Below, one piece after another: positions 1-9,157 of a stretch of 24,000 nt of DNA; the stretch's first letter is position 1; each line of letters opens with the position of its first letter. A program made the position numbers and the translations under genes. The DNA is from Escherichia coli (lineage in GTDB: Bacteria > Pseudomonadota > Gammaproteobacteria > Enterobacterales > Enterobacteriaceae). The DNA lies in NCBI RefSeq assembly GCF_904863375.1, contig NZ_LR890326.1; one strand, written 5' to 3'. The notes under the pieces were generated by a model. That model made no database searches, was not told the origin of the DNA, and worked only from the letters and a program-made list of their open reading frames with translations.

Positions 1-1292
1 TCCCCGCCCAGCCCCAGCCCGGCAATGCACGGTCCGTTCTTAACGAAAATGCTGGTATCAATGGCATTCGCCATCTGGTTCATGTTCTCGATATTGCGCG
101 AGTGCATTGCCGCCGTGTGGTGGCAACCGCCTTCCAGTTTCACCGCCAGCGCAATGGCATCCGCCACGTTGGCGACGCGCACGACGGGCAGCACCGGCAT
201 CATCAGTTCGGTCACGGCAAACGGATGTTCTGCGGTGGTTTCTACAAACAGCAGTCGCGTTTGTTCCGGAACTTTAAGGCCGATTGCCGCCGCGATTTTC
301 GCCGCATCGCGACCAACCCAGTCACGGCTGACGGTGCCTTTTCCGCACTCGTCGATATTTTTCAGCAACACCGATTGCAGTTGCTGCGCCTGCTCTGCGG
401 TCAGTTTCACCGCATGCTGGCCTTCCATCAGACGCATCAGTTCATCGGCTACGCTATCAACAACAATCAGTACCTTTTCGTCGGCACAAATGATGTTGTT
501 ATCGAAAGACGCGCCTTTGACGATGGACTGAGCAGCACGGGCGAGGTCGGCGGTTTCATCCACCACTACCGGCGGGTTGCCAGCGCCTGCGGCAATCAGA
601 CGTTTATTGGTGTGTTTACGCGCCGCTTCCACTACCGCTTCGCCGCCGGTCACCACCAGCAGGCCGATACCCGGGAACTTGAACAAACGTTGCGCGGTTT
701 CGATATCCGGATTGGCCACAGTAACCAGTAAGTTTTCCGGCCCGCCTGCGGCAACAATCGCCTGGTTGAGCAGCGTAATCGCCCGCTGGGAGACTTTTTT
801 CGCCGCCGGATGCGGGGCAAAAATGACGCTGTTGCCCGCGGCAATCAGGCTGATGGCGTTGTTAATTACGGTTGCCGCCGGGTTAGTGGAAGGCGTCACC
901 GAAGCCACCACGCCCCAGGGCGCGTTTTCAATCAGGGTCAGGCCGTTGTCACCGGTCAGCACCTGTGGTGAGAGGCACTCAACGCCTGGTGTGCCGCGCG
1001 CCTGAGCGACGTTTTTGGCAAATTTATCTTCAACGCGCCCCATGCCGGTTTCACTGACGGCAAGTTCCGCTAAATCTCTGGCGTGTTTTTCGCCTGCCTC
1101 ACGAATGGCAGCAATGGCTAACTGGCGCATTGCCACGCTTTTTAACCCTTGCTGGGCGACTTTGGCTGCCGCAACGGCGTCATCCAGGGACGCGAAAACG
1201 CCCATCTCATGAACGGCGGCGGGCGGCGTGTCACTGCTTTGCATTTTCAGCAGTACCGCTTTCACCACCTGTTCAATATCCTGTTGATTCAT
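1..1292 (-). CDS. eutE: CoA-acylating acetaldehyde dehydrogenase EutE, truncated at its C-terminal end by the left window edge
   Basis: Absent from the ORF track because the 3' end runs off the window. My minus-strand translation from the ATG (complement of 1290-1292) reads MNQQDIEQVVKAVLLKMQSSDTPPAAVHEMGVFASLDDAVAAAKVAQQGLK... and stays open to base 1 (430 codons). It matches my recollection of E. coli EutE (467 aa). The + strand ORFs at 25-1212 are antisense shadows. Confidence 0.9.
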   Translation of the reverse strand, partial: MNQQDIEQVVKAVLLKMQSSDTPPAAVHEMGVFASLDDAVAAAKVAQQGLKSVAMRQLAIAAIREAGEKHARDLAELAVSETGMGRVEDKFAKNVAQARGTPGVECLSPQVLTGDNGLTLIENAPWGVVASVTPSTNPAATVINNAISLIAAGNSVIFAPHPAAKKVSQRAITLLNQAIVAAGGPENLLVTVANPDIETAQRLFKFPGIGLLVVTGGEAVVEAARKHTNKRLIAAGAGNPPVVVDETADLARAAQSIVKGASFDNNIICADEKVLIVVDSVADELMRLMEGQHAVKLTAEQAQQLQSVLLKNIDECGKGTVSRDWVGRDAAKIAAAIGLKVPEQTRLLFVETTAEHPFAVTELMMPVLPVVRVANVADAIALAVKLEGGCHHTAAMHSRNIENMNQMANAIDTSIFVKNGPCIAGLGLGG

Positions 1293-1303
1293 GATGTTCT
1301 GCC

Positions 1304-1591
1304 TTATTTGTGGAAAATGACCTGACCGCCAGACACCACCTCATCGACGATGCCAATCACGCACAGATCGACCGGTGACGTTTCGCTTTTATGCGCCTGG
1401 CGGGCGGAACTGCCACTCACCAGCAACACCCACTCCCCGGTTCCCGCGCCAATATTGTCGATGGCGACAGCGCATTGCCCGTCAGGATTACCTTGTGGAT
1501 CAATCATTTCCACCATCAGCAATTTGTCATGCGCCAGTCCGTGATGGCGTACGGTACAAACAATTTGTCCAGTGACGACTGCCAGTTTCAT
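1304..1591 (-). CDS. eutN: Ethanolamine microcompartment pentameric vertex protein (BMC-P, EutN/CcmL family)
   Basis: 95-aa ORF MKLAVVTGQIVCTVRHHGL...VSGGQVIFHK, recognised as EutN. A GGAGG SD lies 5 nt upstream of the ATG. The position between eutM and eutE matches canonical eut order. Confidence 0.95.
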   Translation of the reverse strand: MKLAVVTGQIVCTVRHHGLAHDKLLMVEMIDPQGNPDGQCAVAIDNIGAGTGEWVLLVSGSSARQAHKSETSPVDLCVIGIVDEVVSGGQVIFHK

Positions 1592-1697
1592 ACCCGCCTC
1601 CGTGGCGTATTTCAGGTAAAAGCTCCCCCTACCCTCCGCAGAAGGTAAAATGAAAAAGGAGAGAGCGTGACGCCCGAATCGACGTCACACAGGGTGA

Positions 1698-1991
1698 TTA
1701 CAGGTTGCTGCTATCGCCTTTCAGGCCGATCGGGAACACTTCTTCCAGGTCGCCGTGCGGACGCGGGATAACGTGTACAGATACCAGCTCGCCGATACGC
1801 TGTGCCGCTGCGGCACCTGCATCGGTCGCGGCTTTACAGGCTGCAACATCACCACGAACCATGGCAGTACACAGGCCGCCGCCAATCTGCTTAACACCAA
1901 CCAGCTTGACGCGCGCAGCTTTAACCATCGCGTCAGAAGCCTCAATCAGTGCAACCAGGCCCCGGGTTTCGATCATTCCTAATGCTTCCAT
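1698..1991 (-). CDS. eutM: Ethanolamine microcompartment hexameric shell protein (BMC-H)
   Basis: The ORF carries a BMC-domain sequence [40 protein letters not shown]... I set the start at ATG 1989-1991 (97 aa) because AGAGGAAAG sits 7 nt upstream. The track's longer start at 2033 is an in-frame ATG overlapping the eutD stop (see findings). Confidence 0.9.
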   Translation of the reverse strand: MEALGMIETRGLVALIEASDAMVKAARVKLVGVKQIGGGLCTAMVRGDVAACKAATDAGAAAAQRIGELVSVHVIPRPHGDLEEVFPIGLKGDSSNL

Positions 1992-2029
1992 TGTGCTTTC
2001 CTCTTTATCAGGGTCCAGAACGGGACCGT

Positions 2030-3046
2030 TCATTCAACCAGTGTTTGTAAACTGCTTTCGCGGTTCACTTCTGTCTGACGCGGCACAGCTGCCACCAGCG
2101 CCAGTTCGATAATTTCCTGCACGCTACAACCACGAGAGAGATCGTGCATCGGCGCGGCAAGTCCTTGTATCAATGGCCCGACGGCACGATATCCGCCAAG
2201 TCGTTGTGCGATTTTGTAGCCAATATTTCCGGCTTCCAGCGACGGAAAAACCATCACATTGGCCTTGCCTTGTAGCGGGCTGGCAGGCGCTTTTTGCGCC
2301 GCCACTTCCGGCACGAAGGCGGCGTCAAACTGCAACTCGCCATCGACAACCAGCTTTGGTGCGCGCTCACGGACGATTTCTGTCGCCTGCTGCACGTTGG
2401 CAACGCAGGGGTGACGGGCACTACCGTTGCTGGAAAACGACAGCATCGCCACGCGCGGTTCTTCTCCGGTGATGGCGCGCCAGGTTTCGGCGCTGGCAAG
2501 CGCGATATCCGCCAACTGCGCCGCCGTCGGCTGTGGCACCACGCTGCAATCGGCAAAACCCAACGCCGGACCGCTGTACTGTGGCAGCATCAGGAAAATG
2601 GATGAGAGCGTTTTACAGCCTGGCTGCAAGCCAATAATGCGTAATCCGGCACGCAGCACATTCGCCGTGGAAGAGAGATTGCCCGCGATACAGACATCCG
2701 CTTTACCGGCGCTGACCATTGCGGCGGCGAACATCAGCGGTTCGGTGAGTTTTTCCAGCGCATCCGGCGGCGTTTTTTCGCCCGCGCGGGCCAGCCAGCG
2801 ATGAGCAAATTCTTCCCGCATTGCGAGGTTGCCATGCGGATCAATCACCTGTAGCCCGTCCATCGCTACGCCATGACTGAGCGCAAACTGACGAAGTTCA
2901 AACGGATTAGCGACCAGAATGGGCGTTGCCAGACCTTGTTGATGTAAATATTGCGCAGCTTTCAGCACACGCTGATCTAACGCATCCGGAAAAACCACTC
3001 TGGCGGGCGCTCGCAACGCCAGTTCACGACAACGTTCAATAATCAT
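2030..3046 (-). CDS. eutD: Phosphotransacetylase (PTA family) of the eut pathway
   Basis: 338-aa ORF with a PTA-type C-terminal sequence ([21 protein letters not shown]...[23 protein letters not shown]...). Its start overlaps the eutT stop (ATGA at 3043-3046). Confidence 0.95.
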   Translation of the reverse strand: MIIERCRELALRAPARVVFPDALDQRVLKAAQYLHQQGLATPILVANPFELRQFALSHGVAMDGLQVIDPHGNLAMREEFAHRWLARAGEKTPPDALEKLTEPLMFAAAMVSAGKADVCIAGNLSSTANVLRAGLRIIGLQPGCKTLSSIFLMLPQYSGPALGFADCSVVPQPTAAQLADIALASAETWRAITGEEPRVAMLSFSSNGSARHPCVANVQQATEIVRERAPKLVVDGELQFDAAFVPEVAAQKAPASPLQGKANVMVFPSLEAGNIGYKIAQRLGGYRAVGPLIQGLAAPMHDLSRGCSVQEIIELALVAAVPRQTEVNRESSLQTLVE

Positions 3047-3846
3047 TGCGTTTCCCCCAGTCGTTGTTGGATCTGCTTCACCGTTAGCGGCTGCTTCGTT
3101 ACGCTCAGGATCATCATCACGTAGACCGTGCTGGAAAGGCGGTTCAGCGCCTGCAAGATGTCCGGGCGTAATACTTCAAAGCTGCGGGTGATAAAGACCT
3201 GCGCCGCTACGGTTTCGGTTTCCCGCACTTTGGTGCGTAGCAGATTTAGCAACGCCGCATCGCGCCCGTGGCTGGCTTCCGGCACCAGATGATCGTGGTC
3301 GAGATAACGCAGCGGCTGGTGAGAAAGCCGATGCAGATCTTCGTCAGAAAGCCCGACAATCGCCTGGCAGGCCAGCGGTTCCCCCAGCGCATCGGCACGC
3401 ATAATGTTGCCAAGACGCGAACGGATATCCGCCAGCCACGGCTGCCACGGTTCCGCCAGTTCAATTTGCAGCCACACTGCCAGCGCAATGGTGCTGTCGA
3501 GAACAGCGCGAAAAGCCAGGCGCGGATCGCTTTTGGCAACCATTTTTTCCGCCGACAGGTGAGTCAGCGTATCCGGCTTTTTTGCCACCGGCTGGCGGCA
3601 CAGTTCGCAGCACGCCTGCGGATGTTCATCGCTACTGGTCAGCCCATGAACGGGCTGCGGCTGCTGCTGTTCATCGTCAACAAACAGGCGGCCCTGCTCG
3701 TCAATAAACTTGATGCGCAGATGGCGGCTTTCCAGTAACTCCCGGGCAGAGGGCGTCAGGCGACTGTCCGCAGGGAGATGGATCTCTGCGCCTTCGCTGA
3801 GCGTATGGTTCGCTCTTAGCCATGCTTCGGTGATGAAATCTTTCAT
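3043..3846 (-). CDS. eutT: EutT-type ATP:cob(I)alamin adenosyltransferase
   Basis: 267-aa ORF. It carries the EutT metal-binding motif HX11CCX2C exactly (H67, C79, C80, C83 in [18 protein letters not shown]). Its start overlaps the eutQ stop (ATGA at 3843-3846). Confidence 0.93.
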   Translation of the reverse strand: MKDFITEAWLRANHTLSEGAEIHLPADSRLTPSARELLESRHLRIKFIDEQGRLFVDDEQQQPQPVHGLTSSDEHPQACCELCRQPVAKKPDTLTHLSAEKMVAKSDPRLAFRAVLDSTIALAVWLQIELAEPWQPWLADIRSRLGNIMRADALGEPLACQAIVGLSDEDLHRLSHQPLRYLDHDHLVPEASHGRDAALLNLLRTKVRETETVAAQVFITRSFEVLRPDILQALNRLSSTVYVMMILSVTKQPLTVKQIQQRLGETQ

Positions 3847-4544
3847 AGGGATTGCCAGTTAGCCGGCCAGGCGACATACAGGAATTTCACGCTGGATGTC
3901 GTACCAAATTCGATACTGGAGCCTTTCGGGATAAACATCACATCGCCCGCTTTGGCGATCATAGTTTCGCCTTCGTGGCGAACATGCAGTTCCCCTTCCA
4001 GCACCATGTCGATTTCGTCGTAGTTCAGGGTCCACGGAAAGAAGGCGTTCTCCCACTGCATGAAACCAGCGGCCATACTGCTGCCGTCGTCTCCGGTCAC
4101 GAGATCAGTCAAGCCTACGCAGTGCGGTTCCGCGCCATCGAAACGACCAAACTTGACGCTGCTGCCATCAATCACTTTGATGCCGCCTTTGCCGGTCACC
4201 GATTTGAAACTCGGCTGCATTGCACCCTGCTCCAGTGACTGTTTTTCCTTCATCACTTTTTCCATCAGCTGCGCGACCAGGCTTTCGGTAAACTGGCCTT
4301 CCGGTAGCTGGGCGATGATGGTTTCGCGGATGCGCTGGCTTTCGGTTTTATCGGCTGGCACGCTGGCGGGAACGGACGTCGTTACCGCAGTCGATTCATC
4401 ACATTCGGTGATGGTAAAACCCAACAGATCAGCCACTTCACGAGCTTCCGGGGTAATAATGCTGGCGCGCAGAACCACGGACATTGCCAGTTCGCCGCGC
4501 GCGTGTGCTTCACGAATATCATTCGCTGTGATGAGTTTTTTCAC
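3843..4544 (-). CDS. eutQ: EutQ, cupin-domain eut protein (reported acetate kinase activity)
   Basis: 233-aa ORF MKKLITANDIREAHARGE... with a C-terminal cupin-like region (DEIDMVLEGELHVRHEGETMIAKAGDVMFIPKGSSIEF). Its first 26 nt overlap the end of eutP. Confidence 0.92.
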   Translation of the reverse strand: MKKLITANDIREAHARGELAMSVVLRASIITPEAREVADLLGFTITECDESTAVTTSVPASVPADKTESQRIRETIIAQLPEGQFTESLVAQLMEKVMKEKQSLEQGAMQPSFKSVTGKGGIKVIDGSSVKFGRFDGAEPHCVGLTDLVTGDDGSSMAAGFMQWENAFFPWTLNYDEIDMVLEGELHVRHEGETMIAKAGDVMFIPKGSSIEFGTTSSVKFLYVAWPANWQSL

Positions 4545-4998
4545 CTGCTTCCTCCTGTTTGGTGAGAGATGCCAGATAATCCACCAGTTGCTGCACGCTT
4601 TGCGGGTCGTGGCTGTTTAGCTCGAAAATCGGCTCTTCGAAGCCCGTCTCAAGCAATAACTTTCGCGTTGCGGCGACGTCAGCATCTGGCATGTCCGTTT
4701 TACTGATGACGGCGATTTGCCGTTTGCTGACGCCAATATCCAGCAACCCGGCAGGCAACCGACTTTCCGGGTCATTCGCGCCGTGGACATAGATCAGCAT
4801 GTCCACATCCTGTAGCGTGGTAATTAAGGCGTGATACCAGCGGGGATGGCTAAAATATTCACCCGGCGTATCAATATCGCCCTTATCATTAAATTCCACG
4901 GCCTGTGTTTTTCTGGCGAGGGTATAATTCCCCTGCAACGCATTAAATAACGTTGTTTTTCCTGCCCCGACGGTACCCACAAACGCAATTCGTTTCAT
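4519..4998 (-). CDS. eutP: EutP, small P-loop NTPase of the eut operon
   Basis: 159-aa ORF with Walker A motif GTVGAGKTT near the N-terminus. A GAGG SD lies upstream of the ATG, 12 nt after the eutS stop. Confidence 0.93.
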   Translation of the reverse strand: MKRIAFVGTVGAGKTTLFNALQGNYTLARKTQAVEFNDKGDIDTPGEYFSHPRWYHALITTLQDVDMLIYVHGANDPESRLPAGLLDIGVSKRQIAVISKTDMPDADVAATRKLLLETGFEEPIFELNSHDPQSVQQLVDYLASLTKQEEAGEKTHHSE

Positions 4999-5010
4999 GA
5001 ATGCCTCGTA

Positions 5011-5346
5011 TTAACTTTTGGTCATTTCACAAAGCGTATAATTTAATAAGCGACCTAAACCACTGACGGTTTGTGATAACGCTTCTTCTACTGCACCCAC
5101 CGAGCCATAAATCACCAGCGCGCCGCTAAAACGGTCGAGAAAACCGATATGCACATCGGCAGCTTTCAGCGCTAAATCACCGGCGATCATCGCCGTTTCT
5201 CCGGGAGTTAGCGTCATAATGCCAATTGCGCCCGCATCCGGAACGCCGATTTTCTTCGCCAGTTCCTCGCCGGGATGCGCGATGAGATGCGCCAGTGTGA
5301 CCTGTTTACCGGGCACAAATTCCTGAATGATGCGTTCTTTATCCAT
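5011..5346 (-). CDS. eutS: EutS, BMC shell protein and first gene of the eut operon
   Basis: The ORF contains [50 protein letters not shown]...CEMTKS (111 aa from ATG 5344-5346), recognised as EutS. The track's 135-aa version begins at a TTG (5418) inside the AT-rich leader, and I do not accept it. Confidence 0.88.
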
Positions 5347-5594
5347 GAGTCGCCGCCTGTGAAAAACTTTCGTGTATCGTGACAATATTTCGTCAGAGTA
5401 AATAACAAAATTCGGCAAGCGCGTTTAAAAGGTGAGGTAGATCACTAAGAATGGAGAGATATTTGCTGTGGTGCATAAACTTTCATATGCAACGCATGAA
5501 TATAAATAAAATAATATCGAGATATTTTATATACTGTTTTTTTTATTATTCGCAAACTCAGTAATAAACTTTACTAATATATTGCAGCTAAACC

Positions 5595-5620
5595 GCTTAC
5601 CCTGAATATTCAGGGTAAGC
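5595..5620 (-). terminator. Perfect 26-bp palindrome 18 nt downstream of the maeB stop, probably the maeB terminator hairpin
   Basis: GCTTACCCTGAAT/ATTCAGGGTAAGC is an exact inverted repeat. On the minus-strand RNA it is followed only by GGUUUAGC, a weak U tract, so the intrinsic-terminator call is tentative. Confidence 0.55.
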
Positions 5621-5638
5621 GTGAGAGTTAAAAAAGAA

Positions 5639-7918
5639 TTACAGCGGTTGGGTTTGCGCTTCAACCACGGCCAGCGCCACCATGTTGACGATACGACGTA
5701 CCGATGCGATCGGCGTTAACACGTGAACCGGCTTCGCCACGCCCATCAGCACCGGACCGACAGTCACACCTTCCGAGCTGGAAACGCGCAGTAAGTTGTA
5801 ACTAATGCGGGCAGCTTCCATGTTCGGCATCACCAGAATATTAGCGGAACCTTTCAAAGGGCTGTCCGGCATACGGTCGTTGCGAATCGCTTCCACCAGC
5901 GCTGCATCGCCGTGCATTTCACCATCAATCATCAGTTCTGGCGCACGTTCCCTGACCAGTTCCAGCGCCTGACGCATTTTGCTCGACGACGGGCAGTCAG
6001 AAGAACCAAAGTTGGAGTGCGACAACAGAGCCACACGCGGTTCAATACCAAAACGACGAACAGTTTCTGCCGCCATCAAGGTGATCTCCGCCAGCTCTTC
6101 TGCATCAGGCTCATCATTGACGTAGGTATCGGCAATAAAGGTGTTACCACTCGGCAACAGCAGCGCGTTCATGGCACCTGCGGTGTGAACGCCATCGCGA
6201 TAACCAAAGACATTTTTCACCACGCTAAAGTGTTCATGATAATCGCCCACCGTACCGCAAATCATTGCATCGGCTTCGCCACGCTGAACCATGATCGCGC
6301 CGATCACTGTCGGGTTACTGATCAGCGCACGCTGCGCCTGCTCCTGAGTGACACCGCGACGCTTCATGATCTGGAAGTATTCGGTCCAGTACTCTTTAAA
6401 GCGCGGATCGGATTCGTTATTGACGATCTCAAAATCAACGCCCGCCTTGATCTGCAAGCCCAGTTTCTGAATGCGCATTTCGATCACGTTCGGACGACCA
6501 ATAAGAATCGGTTTCGCCAGTCCCAGCGTTACCAATTCCTGAGTGGCATGCAGAACGCGCGCCTCTTCCCCTTCCGGCAGAACTACGCGCTTCGGCGCTT
6601 TGCGAGCCTGGGAGAAAATCGGCTTCATAAACAGGTTGGTTTTGTAAACGAACTCCGTCAGCTTGTCGATGTAGACGTCGAAATCAGCAATCGGACGCGT
6701 CGCCACGCCCGACTCCATCGCCGCTTTCGCCACCGCAGGAGCGATCTTAACGATCAAGCGCGGATCAAACGGTTTTGGAATGATGTATTCCGGACCAAAG
6801 CTCAGATCCTGATCGCCATACGCTGAAGCCACCACTTCACTCTGTTCCGCATGGGCCAGTTCTGCAATCGCGCGTACTGCCGCCAGTTTCATCTCTTCGT
6901 TGATGGCGGTTGCGCCAACGTCCAGCGCGCCACGGAAGATAAACGGGAAGCAAAGGACGTTGTTCACCTGGTTCGGGTAGTCGGAACGGCCGGTACAGAT
7001 GATGGCATCCGGACGCACTTCTTTCGCCAGCGGCGGCAGAATTTCCGGTTCCGGATTCGCCAGCGCCAGGATCATTGGTGCCCGAGCCATTTTCTTCACC
7101 ATTTCCTGGGTCAGCACTTTCGGGCCGGAACAGCCGAGGAAAATATCCGCACCTTCAATCACATCATCGAGGGTACGTTTGCCGTCATCCACCACCGCAT
7201 ATGCGGCTTTGGTTTCCGCCATATTTGGCTCACGGCCCTGATAGATAACGCCTTTTGAATCACAAACCACGATGTTATGTTTTTGCAGCCCCAGCGCCAC
7301 CAGCAGGTTCATACAGGCAATTGCTGCTGCACCCGCGCCGGAAACCACCATCCGCACGTCGGAGATGTTTTTCTCCACCACGCGCAATCCGTTGAGGATG
7401 GCGGCAGTGCTGATAATTGCCGTGCCGTGCTGATCGTCGTGGAATACTGGAATATTCATCCGCTCGCGCAGTTTCTGTTCAATATAGAAACATTCTGGCG
7501 CTTTAATGTCTTCGAGGTTGATGCCGCCGAAGGTCGGTTCAAGCGCGGCGACGACTTCAATAAATTTGTCCGGGTCGAGTTCATCAACTTCAATGTCAAA
7601 TACATCAATCCCGGCGAATTTCTTAAACAGAACGCCCTTGCCTTCCATCACCGGTTTGCCTGCCAGCGCGCCAATGTTGCCTAACCCCAGCACCGCCGTA
7701 CCGTTAGAGATCACCGCCACCAGGTTACCACGCGCGGTATATTTGTAGGCTTTTAACGGGTCTTTTTCGATTTCAAGACAAGGTGCGGCAACGCCTGGTG
7801 AGTAGGCCAGCGCCAGATCGCGCTGCGTTGCCAGAGGCTTGGTTGGAGAAACCTGGATTTTCCCTGGAACTGGAAATTCATGGAAATCAAGTGCACTTTG
7901 TTTTAACTGGTCATCCAT
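5639..7918 (-). CDS. maeB: NADP-dependent malic enzyme (malic-enzyme domain fused to a PTA-like C-terminal domain)
   Basis: 759-aa [50 protein letters not shown]..., recognised as MaeB. An AAGGA SD lies upstream. The C-terminal third is visibly homologous to EutD/Pta. Confidence 0.97.
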   Translation of the reverse strand: MDDQLKQSALDFHEFPVPGKIQVSPTKPLATQRDLALAYSPGVAAPCLEIEKDPLKAYKYTARGNLVAVISNGTAVLGLGNIGALAGKPVMEGKGVLFKKFAGIDVFDIEVDELDPDKFIEVVAALEPTFGGINLEDIKAPECFYIEQKLRERMNIPVFHDDQHGTAIISTAAILNGLRVVEKNISDVRMVVSGAGAAAIACMNLLVALGLQKHNIVVCDSKGVIYQGREPNMAETKAAYAVVDDGKRTLDDVIEGADIFLGCSGPKVLTQEMVKKMARAPMILALANPEPEILPPLAKEVRPDAIICTGRSDYPNQVNNVLCFPFIFRGALDVGATAINEEMKLAAVRAIAELAHAEQSEVVASAYGDQDLSFGPEYIIPKPFDPRLIVKIAPAVAKAAMESGVATRPIADFDVYIDKLTEFVYKTNLFMKPIFSQARKAPKRVVLPEGEEARVLHATQELVTLGLAKPILIGRPNVIEMRIQKLGLQIKAGVDFEIVNNESDPRFKEYWTEYFQIMKRRGVTQEQAQRALISNPTVIGAIMVQRGEADAMICGTVGDYHEHFSVVKNVFGYRDGVHTAGAMNALLLPSGNTFIADTYVNDEPDAEELAEITLMAAETVRRFGIEPRVALLSHSNFGSSDCPSSSKMRQALELVRERAPELMIDGEMHGDAALVEAIRNDRMPDSPLKGSANILVMPNMEAARISYNLLRVSSSEGVTVGPVLMGVAKPVHVLTPIASVRRIVNMVALAVVEAQTQPL

Positions 7919-8206
7919 TTGGTTGTTCCTTTCACGTAACGTTCACAAATAAAGTGTGTGGGCAACAGCCCCTGCCCACAACGTGGCGCACATTATTACC
8001 TTGCCGGAGTCTACAGACTTTGAGCAAGTCCAAACTCTCACCATTAATATAATGTTTTGGTAATAATCCTATAACACTGATGTTACCTGCTTAATCCAGC
8101 AATACCATGCCTGTCTGCTATGCTTTTTTGATGCGTTTAGCGAAATTTCTCAGAAGTGTGAATTAACGCACTCATCTAACACTTTACTTTTCAAGGAGTA
8201 TTTCCT

Positions 8207-9157
8207 ATGAACGAGTTAGACGGCATCAAACAGTTCACCACTGTCGTGGCAGACAGCGGCGATATTGAGTCCATTCGCCATTATCATCCCCAGGATGCCA
8301 CCACCAATCCTTCGCTGTTACTCAAGGCTGCCGGATTATCACAATATGAGCATTTAATAGACGATGCTATCGCCTGGGGTAAAAAAAATGGCAAAACCCA
8401 GGAACAACAGGTGGTCGCAGCGTGTGACAAACTGGCGGTCAATTTCGGTGCTGAAATTCTCAAAATCGTACCCGGTCGCGTGTCAACAGAAGTTGATGCA
8501 CGCCTCTCTTTTGATAAAGAAAAGAGTATTGAAAAGGCCCGCCATCTGGTGGACTTGTATCAGCAACAAGGCGTTGAGAAATCACGCATTTTGATCAAGC
8601 TGGCTTCAACCTGGGAAGGAATTCGCGCGGCAGAAGAGCTGGAAAAAGAAGGTATTAACTGCAACCTGACGCTGCTGTTTTCTTTTGCACAGGCGCGGGC
8701 CTGTGCAGAAGCAGGCGTATTTCTGATTTCGCCGTTTGTCGGGCGTATTTATGACTGGTATCAGGCACGCAAGCCGATGGACCCGTATGTGGTGGAAGAA
8801 GATCCAGGCGTTAAATCAGTACGCAATATCTACGACTACTATAAGCAACACCACTATGAAACCATTGTGATGGGCGCGAGTTTCCGTCGCACCGAACAAA
8901 TCCTCGCCTTAACCGGCTGCGATCGACTGACTATCGCACCGAATTTGCTAAAGGAGCTGCAGGAAAAAGTTTCGCCAGTGGTACGTAAATTAATCCCACC
9001 TTCTCAGACGTTCCCACGCCCAGCTCCCATGAGCGAAGCGGAGTTCCGTTGGGAGCACAATCAGGATGCGATGGCGGTAGAAAAACTGTCTGAAGGCATT
9101 CGTCTGTTCGCCGTTGATCAACGCAAACTGGAAGATCTTCTTGCCGCCAAACTATAA
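8207..9157 (+). CDS. talA: Transaldolase A
   Basis: 316-aa [44 protein letters not shown]... with the class I transaldolase signature and the ILIKLAST active-site Lys region. An AAGGAG SD lies upstream. Confidence 0.97.
   Translation: MNELDGIKQFTTVVADSGDIESIRHYHPQDATTNPSLLLKAAGLSQYEHLIDDAIAWGKKNGKTQEQQVVAACDKLAVNFGAEILKIVPGRVSTEVDARLSFDKEKSIEKARHLVDLYQQQGVEKSRILIKLASTWEGIRAAEELEKEGINCNLTLLFSFAQARACAEAGVFLISPFVGRIYDWYQARKPMDPYVVEEDPGVKSVRNIYDYYKQHHYETIVMGASFRRTEQILALTGCDRLTIAPNLLKELQEKVSPVVRKLIPPSQTFPRPAPMSEAEFRWEHNQDAMAVEKLSEGIRLFAVDQRKLEDLLAAKL

Noticed and set aside
25-1212. + strand ORFs of 168, 209, 142 and 65 aa at the left edge
   Set aside because: They lie antisense to, and fully within, the eutE reading frame, which I translated and recognise. 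Their sequences are low-complexity (Ala/Ser/Arg-rich) with no SDs, which is typical of shadow ORFs in GC-rich coding DNA.
5517-5526. 10-mer TCGAGATATT shared between the eutS upstream region (5517-5526) and the yffB upstream region (20572-20581)
   Set aside because: Hundreds of shared 10-mers are expected by chance among all position pairs in a 24-kb window on two strands. The flanks do not extend the match.
5912-7748. + strand ORFs (304, 135, 135, 80, 80 aa) inside maeB
   Set aside because: All are antisense to the intact 759-aa maeB frame. They show no motifs or SDs and have shadow-ORF composition.
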